A DNA stretch of 64,000 nt. Origin: Eledone cirrhosa (lineage: Eukaryota). The stretch is from positions 300,514,001 through 300,578,000 of the forward strand of contig OZ024742.1 in NCBI GenBank assembly GCA_964016885.1, written 5' to 3'. The translations under genes and the position numbers were made by a program. Below are positions 53,351 to 64,000 of this stretch, piece by piece. How positions within the stretch are numbered: the stretch's first letter is position 1; every line of letters starts with the position of its first letter. The notes beneath the pieces are model-generated. The model saw only the letters and a program-made list of their open reading frames with translations, made no database searches and was not told where the DNA came from.

Positions 53351-53869
53351 GTATTATTTAATCCCAGTAGGTTCCCCCTGGGGTTGACGCACTTACAATA
53401 TAGCATAACCCACATTTCCATTTTATTTTCTCTCTCACTCTCTAATTTAAATTCTTGTTTTCATGCAATGAGAGTATTATTTTCTTAACTCTAATCCAAT
53501 ATTTATGTCTTTTTATTACTAATTCAGTCTTATATATATATATATATATATATATAAGACTTATATATATATATAAGTCTTATATATATATACATATATA
53601 TATATATTTTCCACCTTTGTGTTTTCATCCTGTGTAATCTTACCTTGTATATAGCCTTTCTTTGGTTCCCTCTTCTAATCACTTCTGTGCGCCAGCGTAC
53701 TTCTTGTTATCCTCCTCTTTCAATCTTTTCTGTGTTTCATCTGCCAGTGGAATGTCCCACTGTTGAACCCTGCCCGCTGGTCTCTGTCATCTGTAGGATT
53801 TTTGCCCATCGCGTTCTTTGACAGCATTTGGCTGTTTTAACGGCAGTTCCAGAGATAAGTTTTCTCATT

Positions 53870-53899
<30 letters not shown>

Positions 53900-53900
<1 letters not shown>

Positions 53901-54337
53901 GCAAAGTTTTATTTAAATTGTTGGGTTACAACGAGTAAATATTTATAACTGATATAAAAGCATTCAACAAGTATTTGGAGTATATTTACGATATTAAATA
54001 AATGGAAACTATATTTATAAAACCATATTTATTTCATTATATATATTTCAGGGATATCATATTAAAAATATGTTATGCCTTCTTCAGACAAAATACAATA
54101 TAAACAGTCTTATAAATAGATAGATTCGACATACCTTTCAACTTCGACTTCCATTTGAAAAGTTGATTTCAAATGGAAGTCGAAGTTGAAAGGTATGTCG
54201 AATCTATCTATTTATAAGACTGTTTATATTGTATTTTGTCTGAAGAAGGCATAACATATTTTTAATATGATATCCCTGAAATATATATAATGAAATAAAT
54301 ATGGTTTTATAAATATAGTTTCCATTTATTTAATATC

Positions 54338-54340
<3 letters not shown>
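53900..54340. mobile_element. Family C tail-out hairpin with perfect arms of about 170 bp and two hammerheads
   Basis: 53987-54159 is the reverse complement of 54167-54340; tattttgtCTGAAGAagg..cctGAAATATATATAatgaaata at 54232-54297. Confidence 0.92.
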
Positions 54341-54373
<33 letters not shown>

Positions 54374-55157
54374 GAAAAGTATAGAAATTATTGTACCAAG
54401 AAATATATATATATAGTGGTGGAACACTGGATCGTAATATCCGTAGTGGCAGAGCACTCAGTCCATGGGACGAGTTAGGTAGAAGTGGTTACACAACAGT
54501 TAGTTCAATGGTGAACTAACTGTTGTATAACCACTTCTCTCGCTCTCTCTCTCTATATATATATATATTTGTGTGTCTGTCTGTGTGTGTGTCTCTCCCT
54601 GTGTGTGTGTATGTATATATATACATATATATATACATATAAAACAAAGAGGGTGTGGTAAGATACCAGGTGGACCATAACACACCAGAGTACTCGATAC
54701 TTAGGGTAGTAGAGTGGGTAATAGGAAAAGAGTCAAGGCCCCAACGGCTGAGCTTCGGCCTGACTCTTTTCATATATATATATATGCAGGGAGAGAGAAA
54801 AAGAGTGATAGCTGTTAAAAGCACATATACGAGCTCAGCAAAATTCTTTCTTGCACTTCATTTGCACTTTGCAACACTCAATTTATTATGCAGGTGTTGT
54901 TCTTTCTTTGTAATATATTCAATTGATGCATACACTCCTATACAAACACCTCTGTTAGTATATGCCCCATGCATTGGTCTCCAGGGAACCAGATGTTCAA
55001 ATCGAGGTTTCTAGTACTTCAGGGTGACATTCACTGAGTGATGTAACACGTGTATGTGTTACTGGATCTCTTACCATATCCTCACAGCTTTTTCTACTTA
55101 TTCTTATGCAGTTGCTATGCTAACATTCTTTTTTAAATGTAGGTTTCTACACCTGAA

Positions 55158-55256
<99 letters not shown>

Positions 55257-55258
55257 TA

Positions 55259-55291
<33 letters not shown>

Positions 55292-55294
55292 TTA

Positions 55295-55362
<68 letters not shown>

Positions 55363-55497
55363 TATGTATGTGTGTGTGTGTGTGTGTGTGTGCTTATGTA
55401 TGTGTGTGTGTGTGTGCTTATGTATGTGTGTGTGTGTGTGCTTATGTATGTGTGTGTGTGTCTAAAAACTAAACAGAAATAACAAACCAAATGACAC

Positions 55498-55529
<32 letters not shown>

Positions 55530-55533
<4 letters not shown>

Positions 55534-55896
55534 AAAATTGAACGGGAACAAAACAGAGAGGCAGTACGAACAAAGGTTTATTAGTTTCACGCTCTTGAGA
55601 GTGGAGTGGTGGTGGGGAACGACGTTTCGGGCATAAGCCCTTCTTCAGGTGAAAAGTGTGTGGGAAGAGAGTTCAAAGGGTGTGTAGGGGAGTGGTGGAG
55701 AGACATATAGCAAAAAGGGGGTGAGAGGAAACGGTGCAAATGAAATTAAAAATAAAGGCATGATCAAAATAAAATTAAAATGGGGTAAAACAGGTGGTGG
55801 AAGGGTGTGGGGCGTGTAGGGGTGGTGGCGGGTGGAGTGGGGAGAGGGATACGGGGTGTCCGAGCGGGGAGGGCTGAAGGTGGTGTGTGTAGGTGT

Positions 55897-55947
<51 letters not shown>

Positions 55948-58815
55948 AAAGCAAGGGTTGGGGGAAGAACGGAGTTGCATGTTCAGGAAGAGGTGTGTGT
56001 GGGGTGGGGTGTAGGTCGGAGTGTGTGTGCGTGTGTGGATAGAGGGGTGAGGGGAGAGGATTCCGGAGGCTGAATGGGTAAATATGTTGTGGTACGCACG
56101 TGTGTGTGTGGTGTTTATGCGTGTTGTGGATCTAGGTGGCGTGTGGGAAAACAATTTTTTGGGGTGTATGTCTGGGGGTGAGTCGTAAAGGTAATTCCGT
56201 AAAAGGATGTGGTGGAATGCTGAATAAAATCCTTGGGATGCGGTAGATTCTCGGGATCAAGGTTCACATATGTGTAATCCGTGAAGAGATTGGTCGGAAG
56301 AGGGGAGATGTGGGGTGCGCGCGCAACAGGAAGTGGTCAGAGGGTCAAGGCAGGAGGAGAGTTGTGTGTCTGTGTGTGCGGGGAGGTGGTCAGAGAGGCA
56401 TAGCAGCAGTAGGGTAGAATGGTAAGTGAAGAAAGTCGGTGTGTCAGTATGTGCGGAGGTGCGGTGGACAGGGGAGAGGATGGGTAGGTGTGAAAGTTGG
56501 AGTGAGGAGGGGGTGTGTGTATATTAGTAGAGGTGTTAGTGGGATGTGTGTGTGTTTGAGAAAGGGTGTGGGTGGAGCGGGGAGAGAAGGGTGTGGGGGC
56601 CGATGGAGGGAGTGTAGTGTACTGGTGTGTGTGTGTGTTCGTGTGCGTAGGGTTGGGGGGTGTTAGTGATGTTAGTTGCGTGTAGAGTGGGTGGTGTAAG
56701 TGGGTGTGTGTGTTCGTGTGCTTGGGGTCAGGGGGTGTTAGTGATGTTAGTTGCGGGGTGGTGGGGTGGATGTGTGGGGGTGAGGGTTAGTGGTGGTAGT
56801 AGGGTGTGTGTTTAGTGTGAGTGCGTGTATATATGTACCGGTGGGTGTGTGCGTGTGATAAGGAGGGGGAGGAGAAGAAGGGAGGGATGTTAGTATGTTA
56901 GTTGTGGAAGGGTGGTCGGATGTGGGGTGGAGGTGTTAGTATTGTTAGTTGTGAGGTGGGCGGTGTAAGGGAGGGGTGTGTTAGTGGTGTTAGTGGGGGA
57001 TATGTGTGGGGGAGGGGGGCGGTCGAAGGCTAAAGGAATAAGGGTGGGGAGTTCAGGCCGGGGGGAGTGTGGGTCTGTAGGGTGAAGATGGTTCGTTGTT
57101 CGACCCTTAGGAGAGTGGCGGGTGTTCCGTGGCATTGGAGTAGGCCACAGACTGTGAGGTGGTGTGCGGAATGTCCAGGGGCACCAAAGTGGCGGGCGAT
57201 GGGGAACTACCACCGAGACGAATATCCCGGAGGTGCTCAGTAAATCTGTCCGCCAGGCGACGTCCAGTCTGTCCGACGTAAGTCCGTAGACTAGGTTGGA
57301 GGAGGTGCAGCGGAAGGCATGCCGGACAGAGAGAGAGAGTGGCCGTTGGGACCCTGGAAGGTGGTGGTGTTGGTGATGTGGGGACAGGTGTTGCAGCGGG
57401 GCCTAGAACAGGGAAAGGAACCGGGGGGAGCGTGGGTTGGGGGGGTAGGGTGCTGTGGATGAGGAGGGTGCGGAGATTGCGTGCCCGTTTGAAGAAGGGG
57501 AGTGGTGGGGCTGGGAAGATGTGGGAGGTGGAGGGGTCGGACTGGAGGCGTCGGAAGAGGCGGAGGATGGTGCGGTGGAGGGGTATGGTGGAGGGGTGGT
57601 AGGTTATGGGGATGGGGAGACAGTGGGTGGGTGTGCGGTGGCGTGGGGTGAGGGTGGTGGACCGGTGGACAGCACGGGCGCGGGTGAGTGCAGTGTGGAC
57701 GAGAGAGGGGGTAACCTCTGCGGATGAAATGGATGACTAGGGAAAGGGCCTGGGACTCAAAGTCAGCATCTCGGCTACAGAGGCGGCGGATCCTGAGGAG
57801 TTGGGAGTAGGGAATAGAGTGTTTAGTGTGTATGGGGTGGGAAGAGGTGAATTCGAGGTAGGAGTGGGAGTCGGTGGGTTTGAAGAAGGCGGAGGTGACG
57901 AGGGAGTGGTGGGAGGGGTCGAAGGCGACGGAGATGTCTAAGAAGTGGACGTGGGTGGTGGAGATAGAGGTGATGAGGACCAGCTCGGCGAGGCGAAGGA
58001 GGGTGGGGGTGGAGGGGAGGGGGAGGGGAGGGGAGGGGGGAGGGGGGGAGGAGCGAAGGTCGAGGTAGTGTTTGAGGGCGCGTAGGCCGTCGGCGTGGGG
58101 GATGACAGTATAGAGGGACTTGATGTCTAGGGTAAAGAGGAAGGGTTGTAGGCCGGGTGGGTAGGTGAAGGAGTCGAAAAGGCGCAGGGCGTGGTTGGTG
58201 TCGGAGATGTGGGAGGGGAGGGTGGTGACAAGGGGGGCGAGGATGGAGTCGAGAAAGGCGGAGATGAGTTCGGTGGGGCAGTTGCGAGCGGAGACGATGG
58301 GGCGGCTGGGGTTGTCGGGTTTGTGGAGTTTGGCGAGGAAGTAGATGTGGGGGTGCGGGGGGTGCGGACGATGAGGTAGGAAGAGGTGGGGGGAGGGAGG
58401 AGGAGACAAGGTGTTGGATGGTGGAGGAAACTTGTTGTTGATAGAGGGGTGTGGGATCGGATAGTAGAGGGCGGTAGAAGAGGGGGTTACGGAGCTGCCT
58501 GCGGGCTTCGGCCGTGTAGAGGTCCGCGCGCCACACCACCACGGCGCCTCCCTTGTCCGCCGGTTTGATGACGATGTCATCTCGGCTACGGAGGGAGCGG
58601 AGAGCGAGGAGCTCGCCCCGTGTGATGTTATTCCGTTTGGAACGGTGGCGGAAGTCGAAACGATTTACGGCGCTACGGCTGGCATCGACGAACGCGTCCA
58701 GGGTGCTAAATTGCCCTGGGGGCAGCGTCCAAGAAGATGGTCGTCGGCCCAGGGCGAGAAACGGGTCTGGGGGGTTCGGAGCCGGTGGCGTTCGGCCGAA
58801 ATACTGAGTATGAGC
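55530..58815 (-). mobile_element. Neptune-type Penelope-like retroelement (RT with internal deletion, GIY-YIG, 3' region with minimal hammerhead)
   Basis: IVIKPADKGGAVVVW, KLHKPDNPSRPIVS, FTLDIKSLYTVIPH, FLDI, KPTDSHSYL..SSHP, SIPYSQLLRIRRLCS, CSRPRCNTC, YVGQTGRRLADRFTEHLRDI; the GxAMG/YIDD block is missing. Confidence 0.92.
55618..55651 (-). ncRNA. Minimal hammerhead ribozyme of the Neptune-type element
   Basis: cac CTGAAGA a gggc-ttat-gccc GAAACGTC gtt; short stem I. Confidence 0.7.
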
Positions 58816-59250
58816 ATAGATGTAGAAAAAATAGATCCCGACGCATTATACGGTATAACCCACCATATAATATGGAGGTGGTCACACCATTAACTAAGAT
58901 CTTTCTCTCCCTTATTAAGAAGCATTCCCCCCCCCCCCCCAGCACATAAATATAATAACATTTTTAATAGAAATACCATTAAAATTTCTTACTCTACGAC
59001 TCCTAACCTTGCACATAACATCACTGCTTCAAATTTAGCTAAATTACTTAGCCGTAGGAGTGTAACGTGGAGTTACTGTAGGTTCACCCAGGTGAGCACT
59101 CGATGTTTAGGTTGTAATATGATAATAATACCAGGTCCAACGAGCTTTAGATTCCAGAGTCGGGCCAGATCGAACCTTGAGCTGATCAATAGCGAAACGC
59201 GCGTCACCAACCAATAAACGTAATGAAGGCTTAACAAATCGTCCTGGTAT
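58815..59250 (+). mobile_element. Naiad-type Penelope fragment plus terminal repeat
   Basis: RRIIRYNPPYN..IFLSLIKKH..IFNRNTIKISYSTTPN; then a degenerate hammerhead ending GAAACGCGCGTC. Confidence 0.7.
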
Positions 59251-59551
59251 TATATATCTATATCTATATCTATATAATACCAGGACGATATATATAAACA
59301 GTCTAACATATCTATGCATTACCAAACGGTTTCGTAGACGTACATACGTCTAACTCCTTCAGATACGTTTAAACCTTTTGGTAATACATATATATGTCAA
59401 ACTGTCAAGCTGCTAATATAAATTAAGGGCCGAAACACTCGAATGAGTGGGGTCCTTCTCTGAAGACCTTCTGCTGTTCAGCTCTCCTGAGAGTATCTTA
59501 CCACCGAGTAAATATTCTCAAACCCCATATGTTTTGATGGGTCTTTTCTTT

Positions 59552-59607
<56 letters not shown>

Positions 59608-59613
59608 TATGTG

Positions 59614-59687
<74 letters not shown>

Positions 59688-59721
59688 CACACACACATAT
59701 ATATATACACACACACACACA

Positions 59722-59780
<59 letters not shown>

Positions 59781-59783
<3 letters not shown>

Positions 59784-59896
59784 AACCAGTAAGACCCCGG
59801 GTCTTACTGGTTCCTATTATCCACTCTACTACCTCAAGTATTGAGTACTTTGGTGCGTTATGGTCCACCTGGTTCCTTACCACATTTCCTTCGTTA
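59781..59896. mobile_element. Family B mini hairpin cassette
   Basis: aggaaccagtaagaccc-c-gggtcttactggttcct plus a tail of about 80 nt; (TA)n on both sides. Confidence 0.8.
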
Positions 59897-60033
59897 TATA
59901 TATATATATATATATACGAATATATATATATATAATATATATATGTATATATATATATATATATATATGTATACACGTATAAATATAGATTAACACACAC
60001 AGATACACATATGTATACAGACATATATACAAG

Positions 60034-60122
<89 letters not shown>

Positions 60123-60152
60123 TATATATATATATATATATATTTATATGTA

Positions 60153-61455
60153 CAGGGTGGGCATAATTCCTGTTACAAAGTTTTAAATCAATTTAAAAAT
60201 ACATTATGTTGCTAATATAACTAATATATTTGTATCAAATCCATGCACTATAACCATATTAACTATTTTTCAGAACATTACTCCATTAACTATTTGCAAT
60301 GTCCATAGAATTGAAAAGAAAGTTCATTATAGAGACGCATGAAAAAGGCCTGACTCCACCCAAGATATTTAAACTGGGAAAAATTCTTAAGATCAATAGA
60401 ATGTTGATCAAAAGGACAATTAATCGATTTAAGGACACTTCCACACCCAAAGACAGACCTCAATCCGGACACCCTCGTACCTCAAGAACACCAAAACTTG
60501 TTAAAAGTGTGAGGGAAAAAATAAGGCGTAATCCAAGAAGGTCCATGAGAAAAATGGCAGAAGAAGCAGAAACATCGCCGAGAACTATACGGAGGATATG
60601 TCGAGATGATCTGGGGATGTCACCCTATAAGTTCCAAAAGAGGCAGCTTCTTTCTAAAGCCACAATTGAAAATAGGCTCTCGAGAAGTAAACTGTTATTG
60701 GATCGTATCAAGGATGGCACGCTGCAAAACATGACCTTTACAAATGAGAAGTTATTCACTGTGCAGCAGTCTCACAATCATCAAAATGATCGAGTACTTG
60801 CAAAAAGTCTCAAATCAATTCCTTCAAGTGTAGGAAAAGTGTTCAGAACAGGGAAACCAGCATCAGTGATGGCTTGGGCAGCCATTTCTGAAAGAGGGAA
60901 GTCTCCTCTGATTTTTGTGCCTCAAGGAGTTAAAATTAACAAAGAACTTTGCATAAAGGATATTTTGGAAGGAGCACTGATGCCATGGTGCATATCTGTT
61001 TATGGCGATGAAATTTGGACTCTCCAACAAGATGGAGCGACGAGCCACACTGCTTGCGTAACACAACAGTGGTGTAGAGACCATTGTCCTGCATGGATCA
61101 GTAAGGAAGAGTGGCCTCCGACATCACCAGATCTCAACCCTCTCGATTTTTCCTTATGGTCAATTGTTGAGAGTGAAGCCTGCTCTACTCCTAGCCAAAA
61201 TATTGAAACTCTAAAATCAAAACTGAATAAAGTATGGGAGAAAATACCCATGGAAACTGTTCGTGTCGCCATCGAAGACTTTCCTACAAGTCTTCGAGCA
61301 GTAGTGAGAGCTAGAGGAAAGCATTTCGAATAAATTTTTGGGCAGTTGTTTAATAGTAGATTACTTACTATTTGTTGAAGTCAGATCTTGAAATAAATGT
61401 TTTTTTCAAGAACTATTTGCATTTTATTTTGTAACAGTTTTTATGCCCCACCCTG
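60153..61455 (+). mobile_element. Full-length Tc1/mariner transposon, DD37D (maT) family
   Basis: ta|cagggtgggcataa..tgttacaaa and tttgtaaca..ttatgccccaccctg|ta TIRs with TA TSD. Confidence 0.95.
60299..61333 (+). CDS. DD37D transposase, 344 aa, first catalytic Asp replaced by Asn
   Basis: HTH region, GHPR, FTNEK (consensus FSDEK), QQDGA-x37-D in WPPTSPDLNPLDF. Confidence 0.92.
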   Translation: MSIELKRKFIIETHEKGLTPPKIFKLGKILKINRMLIKRTINRFKDTSTPKDRPQSGHPRTSRTPKLVKSVREKIRRNPRRSMRKMAEEAETSPRTIRRICRDDLGMSPYKFQKRQLLSKATIENRLSRSKLLLDRIKDGTLQNMTFTNEKLFTVQQSHNHQNDRVLAKSLKSIPSSVGKVFRTGKPASVMAWAAISERGKSPLIFVPQGVKINKELCIKDILEGALMPWCISVYGDEIWTLQQDGATSHTACVTQQWCRDHCPAWISKEEWPPTSPDLNPLDFSLWSIVESEACSTPSQNIETLKSKLNKVWEKIPMETVRVAIEDFPTSLRAVVRARGKHFE

Positions 61456-61467
61456 TATATATATATA

Positions 61468-61794
<327 letters not shown>

Positions 61795-61890
61795 TATACA
61801 TATATACAGAGAGAGAGAGGAGAAAAAAGAGAGTGAAAGTCGTCGTTGTTTATATATGTGCTAGTTTATTTTGGTATGTTTGTGTGTGAG

Positions 61891-61962
<72 letters not shown>

Positions 61963-62339
61963 CATACATATGTTTTTGTCTGTGTGTAAGTGTGTCAAAT
62001 ATTTTCGGTGTGCACCGCAGACAAAAATGTGTTAATGATAATCTCAGGGAGGAATGCAACTTATTTTAAGAATCAAACATAATGAAGGAGCAAGGTTGAT
62101 TTGACAGCTGAAGTGCTTCGATTTCGTGTTTGAATCGGGCTCAGTATCAATACAAATCAAATATCGATATATAAATATCCAGGGGTGACCATCTTGCAAA
62201 GTGTCACCATATTCCGTAGACATTATATAAAGGTTGGAGAGGGTCGGGCGCTATGCTTTGACACATAGAGTTACGACCCTTGCACTTCTGAGTTCGAATC
62301 CCGCCGAAGTTAACTTTGCCTTTCATCCTTACGGCGGCA

Positions 62340-62680
62340 GCGGTTGCTGATGTTGTTGGGGTTGTTTTTGTTGTTGTTGTGGTGGTGGTGGTGGTTGCGG
62401 CGGTGGTGGTGATGTGGTTGTTGTTATTGTTGTTGTTGGTGGTGGTGTGGTTGTTGTTATTGGTGGTGGTGGTGGTGGTGGTGGCGTGGTTGTTGTTGTT
62501 GTTGTTGTTGGTGGTGGTGTCGTTGTTGGCTGCGGCGGTGGTGGTGGTGTGGCTTTTGTTATTGTTATTGTTGTTGGTGGTGATGTTGGTTGCAGCGGTG
62601 ATGGTGGTGTGGTTGCTGTTATTGTTGTTGTTGTAGTTGGTGGTGGTGGTGTTGGTTGTTGTTGTTGTTGTTGTTGCTGT
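62340..62680. repeat. (GGT/GTT)n low-complexity repeat
   Basis: Directly visible. Confidence 0.92.
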
Positions 62681-63154
62681 TCGTGGTATCTTTGTTATCG
62701 TTGTTTACTCCTAGATCAGTGCCAAGCCAGTAGAATAGATGCTCCTACCTTGAACACAACGTAGCTAGTACAACACCATGCACTGTAAATGTGTATATAC
62801 ATTCTTTATGACAGTAGAGAGTGACTTGTGGAAGATTTAGCCTGCATATGTAGCAGGTTATGAGTTAATGAAGAAACTTCCTTGTTGAGAAGCATAGAAA
62901 CCGTCTCGTTAGCTCGTTAATTATCAGTCTATATTGGGGTTTTCCATATGAGGGTTTCATATTATCTTGTATTTTAGGATCACATTTAGTGGCACTAAAA
63001 TATTGGTTTAGTTATTTCTGAAAAGAATCATTTTTCCCTAACTAGGTTCACCTAGTAATTGATGATTTTACCAAGATTTCGAATAAATATCTTCATTGGT
63101 AAAATGTTAAAACATGTCAAAAATATAATATAAAGTTCCGTACTGATTGAATAG

Positions 63155-63295
63155 TTGTTAGGATATCGGATAGAATGTTTTATGCTATTAATTCCAGCTC
63201 TCTGCTCTCGGAGTTCAAATCCTGCCGAGGTCAACTTTGCCTTTCATCCTTTTGAGGTTGATAAAAATAAGTACCAGTCTAGTACTGGGGTTGAT
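63155..63295 (+). mobile_element. Meta-type SINE (older copy)
   Basis: gagttcaaatcctgccgaggtcaactttgcctttcatccttttgaggttgataaaaataagtaccag. Confidence 0.75.
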
Positions 63296-64000
63296 TCTTC
63301 CTCTCTCTGGAAGAAATCTGCTGTACTCAGGCCTGGAGAGGGATAGGCTCCGCTAGGCTTAAAATGCTCAAGAAACGCCATATGCCAATACGGCGCCCCT
63401 ACGACTCTATCAGAAGTTATGGGACCATACCATACTACCTTGAACACATAACGTAGCTAGTAGAACACTATGCAATGTAAATGTACACATTTTTTATGAC
63501 AGTAAAGAGTGGTTTGTGGAAGATTTAGCCTCTGTATGTAGCAGGTTATCAGATAACGTAAATATGTTCATAGGAAAAATATTAAAACATGTCAAAGGGA
63601 TAATATATATAGGGTTCCATATTGATTGGATATAAATAACGTGGAATTTATACCTTCGGTAATACTTGAAAACCATTCATTTCCGAAATATTTTATTCTA
63701 TACAAGCGCGTCTTCCTCACCACCATCCGGGGAAACGCCTTCTCTACTCTGCCCAATATAGGAGAGATGGGGAGAGAGATAGAGACGGAGACAGTGACAG
63801 TGGGAGTTTGGTTGCTTTGTGTTCAGACCTGGTGTATACATATATGTTTCACGGACACACTCACGCTAAGGCTTTGTAGTTTTTTTTTTAATTTACACAT
63901 ATCTTGATAAGCCCGTATCTCCATCTGTGTTGCCTGATTAAATAAAAACACACTTTCCACCATTAAAAAAATCATCCAAATGCTGTCACAGTTCATGCTC

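Overview
AT-rich, microsatellite-dense animal genomic DNA. The SINE repertoire suggests an octopod cephalopod (inference from recalled repeat families, no search run). One host gene is recoverable on the minus strand: six phase-consistent GT-AG coding exons (24846-24690, 16367-16257, 15579-15289, 13873-13701, 10066-9917, 1689-1519; 351 codons, continuing past the left edge). They encode a signal peptide plus the amino-terminal domain of an ionotropic receptor resembling the IR25a/IR8a chemosensory co-receptor clade. The rest is mostly transposons: Penelope-like elements (Neptune- and Naiad-type RT/GIY-YIG fragments), RTE and CRE-like LINE fragments, many tRNA-derived SINEs, three non-autonomous Helitrons, a deleted Gypsy LTR element, a full-length DD37D (maT) transposon and MITEs. 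The most striking unannotated structure is more than 15 type I hammerhead ribozyme motifs from about ten unrelated families. Many sit in short tail-out hairpin cassettes inserted in (TA)n tracts, giving a ribozyme on each strand, and several lie in sense orientation within the receptor gene's introns.
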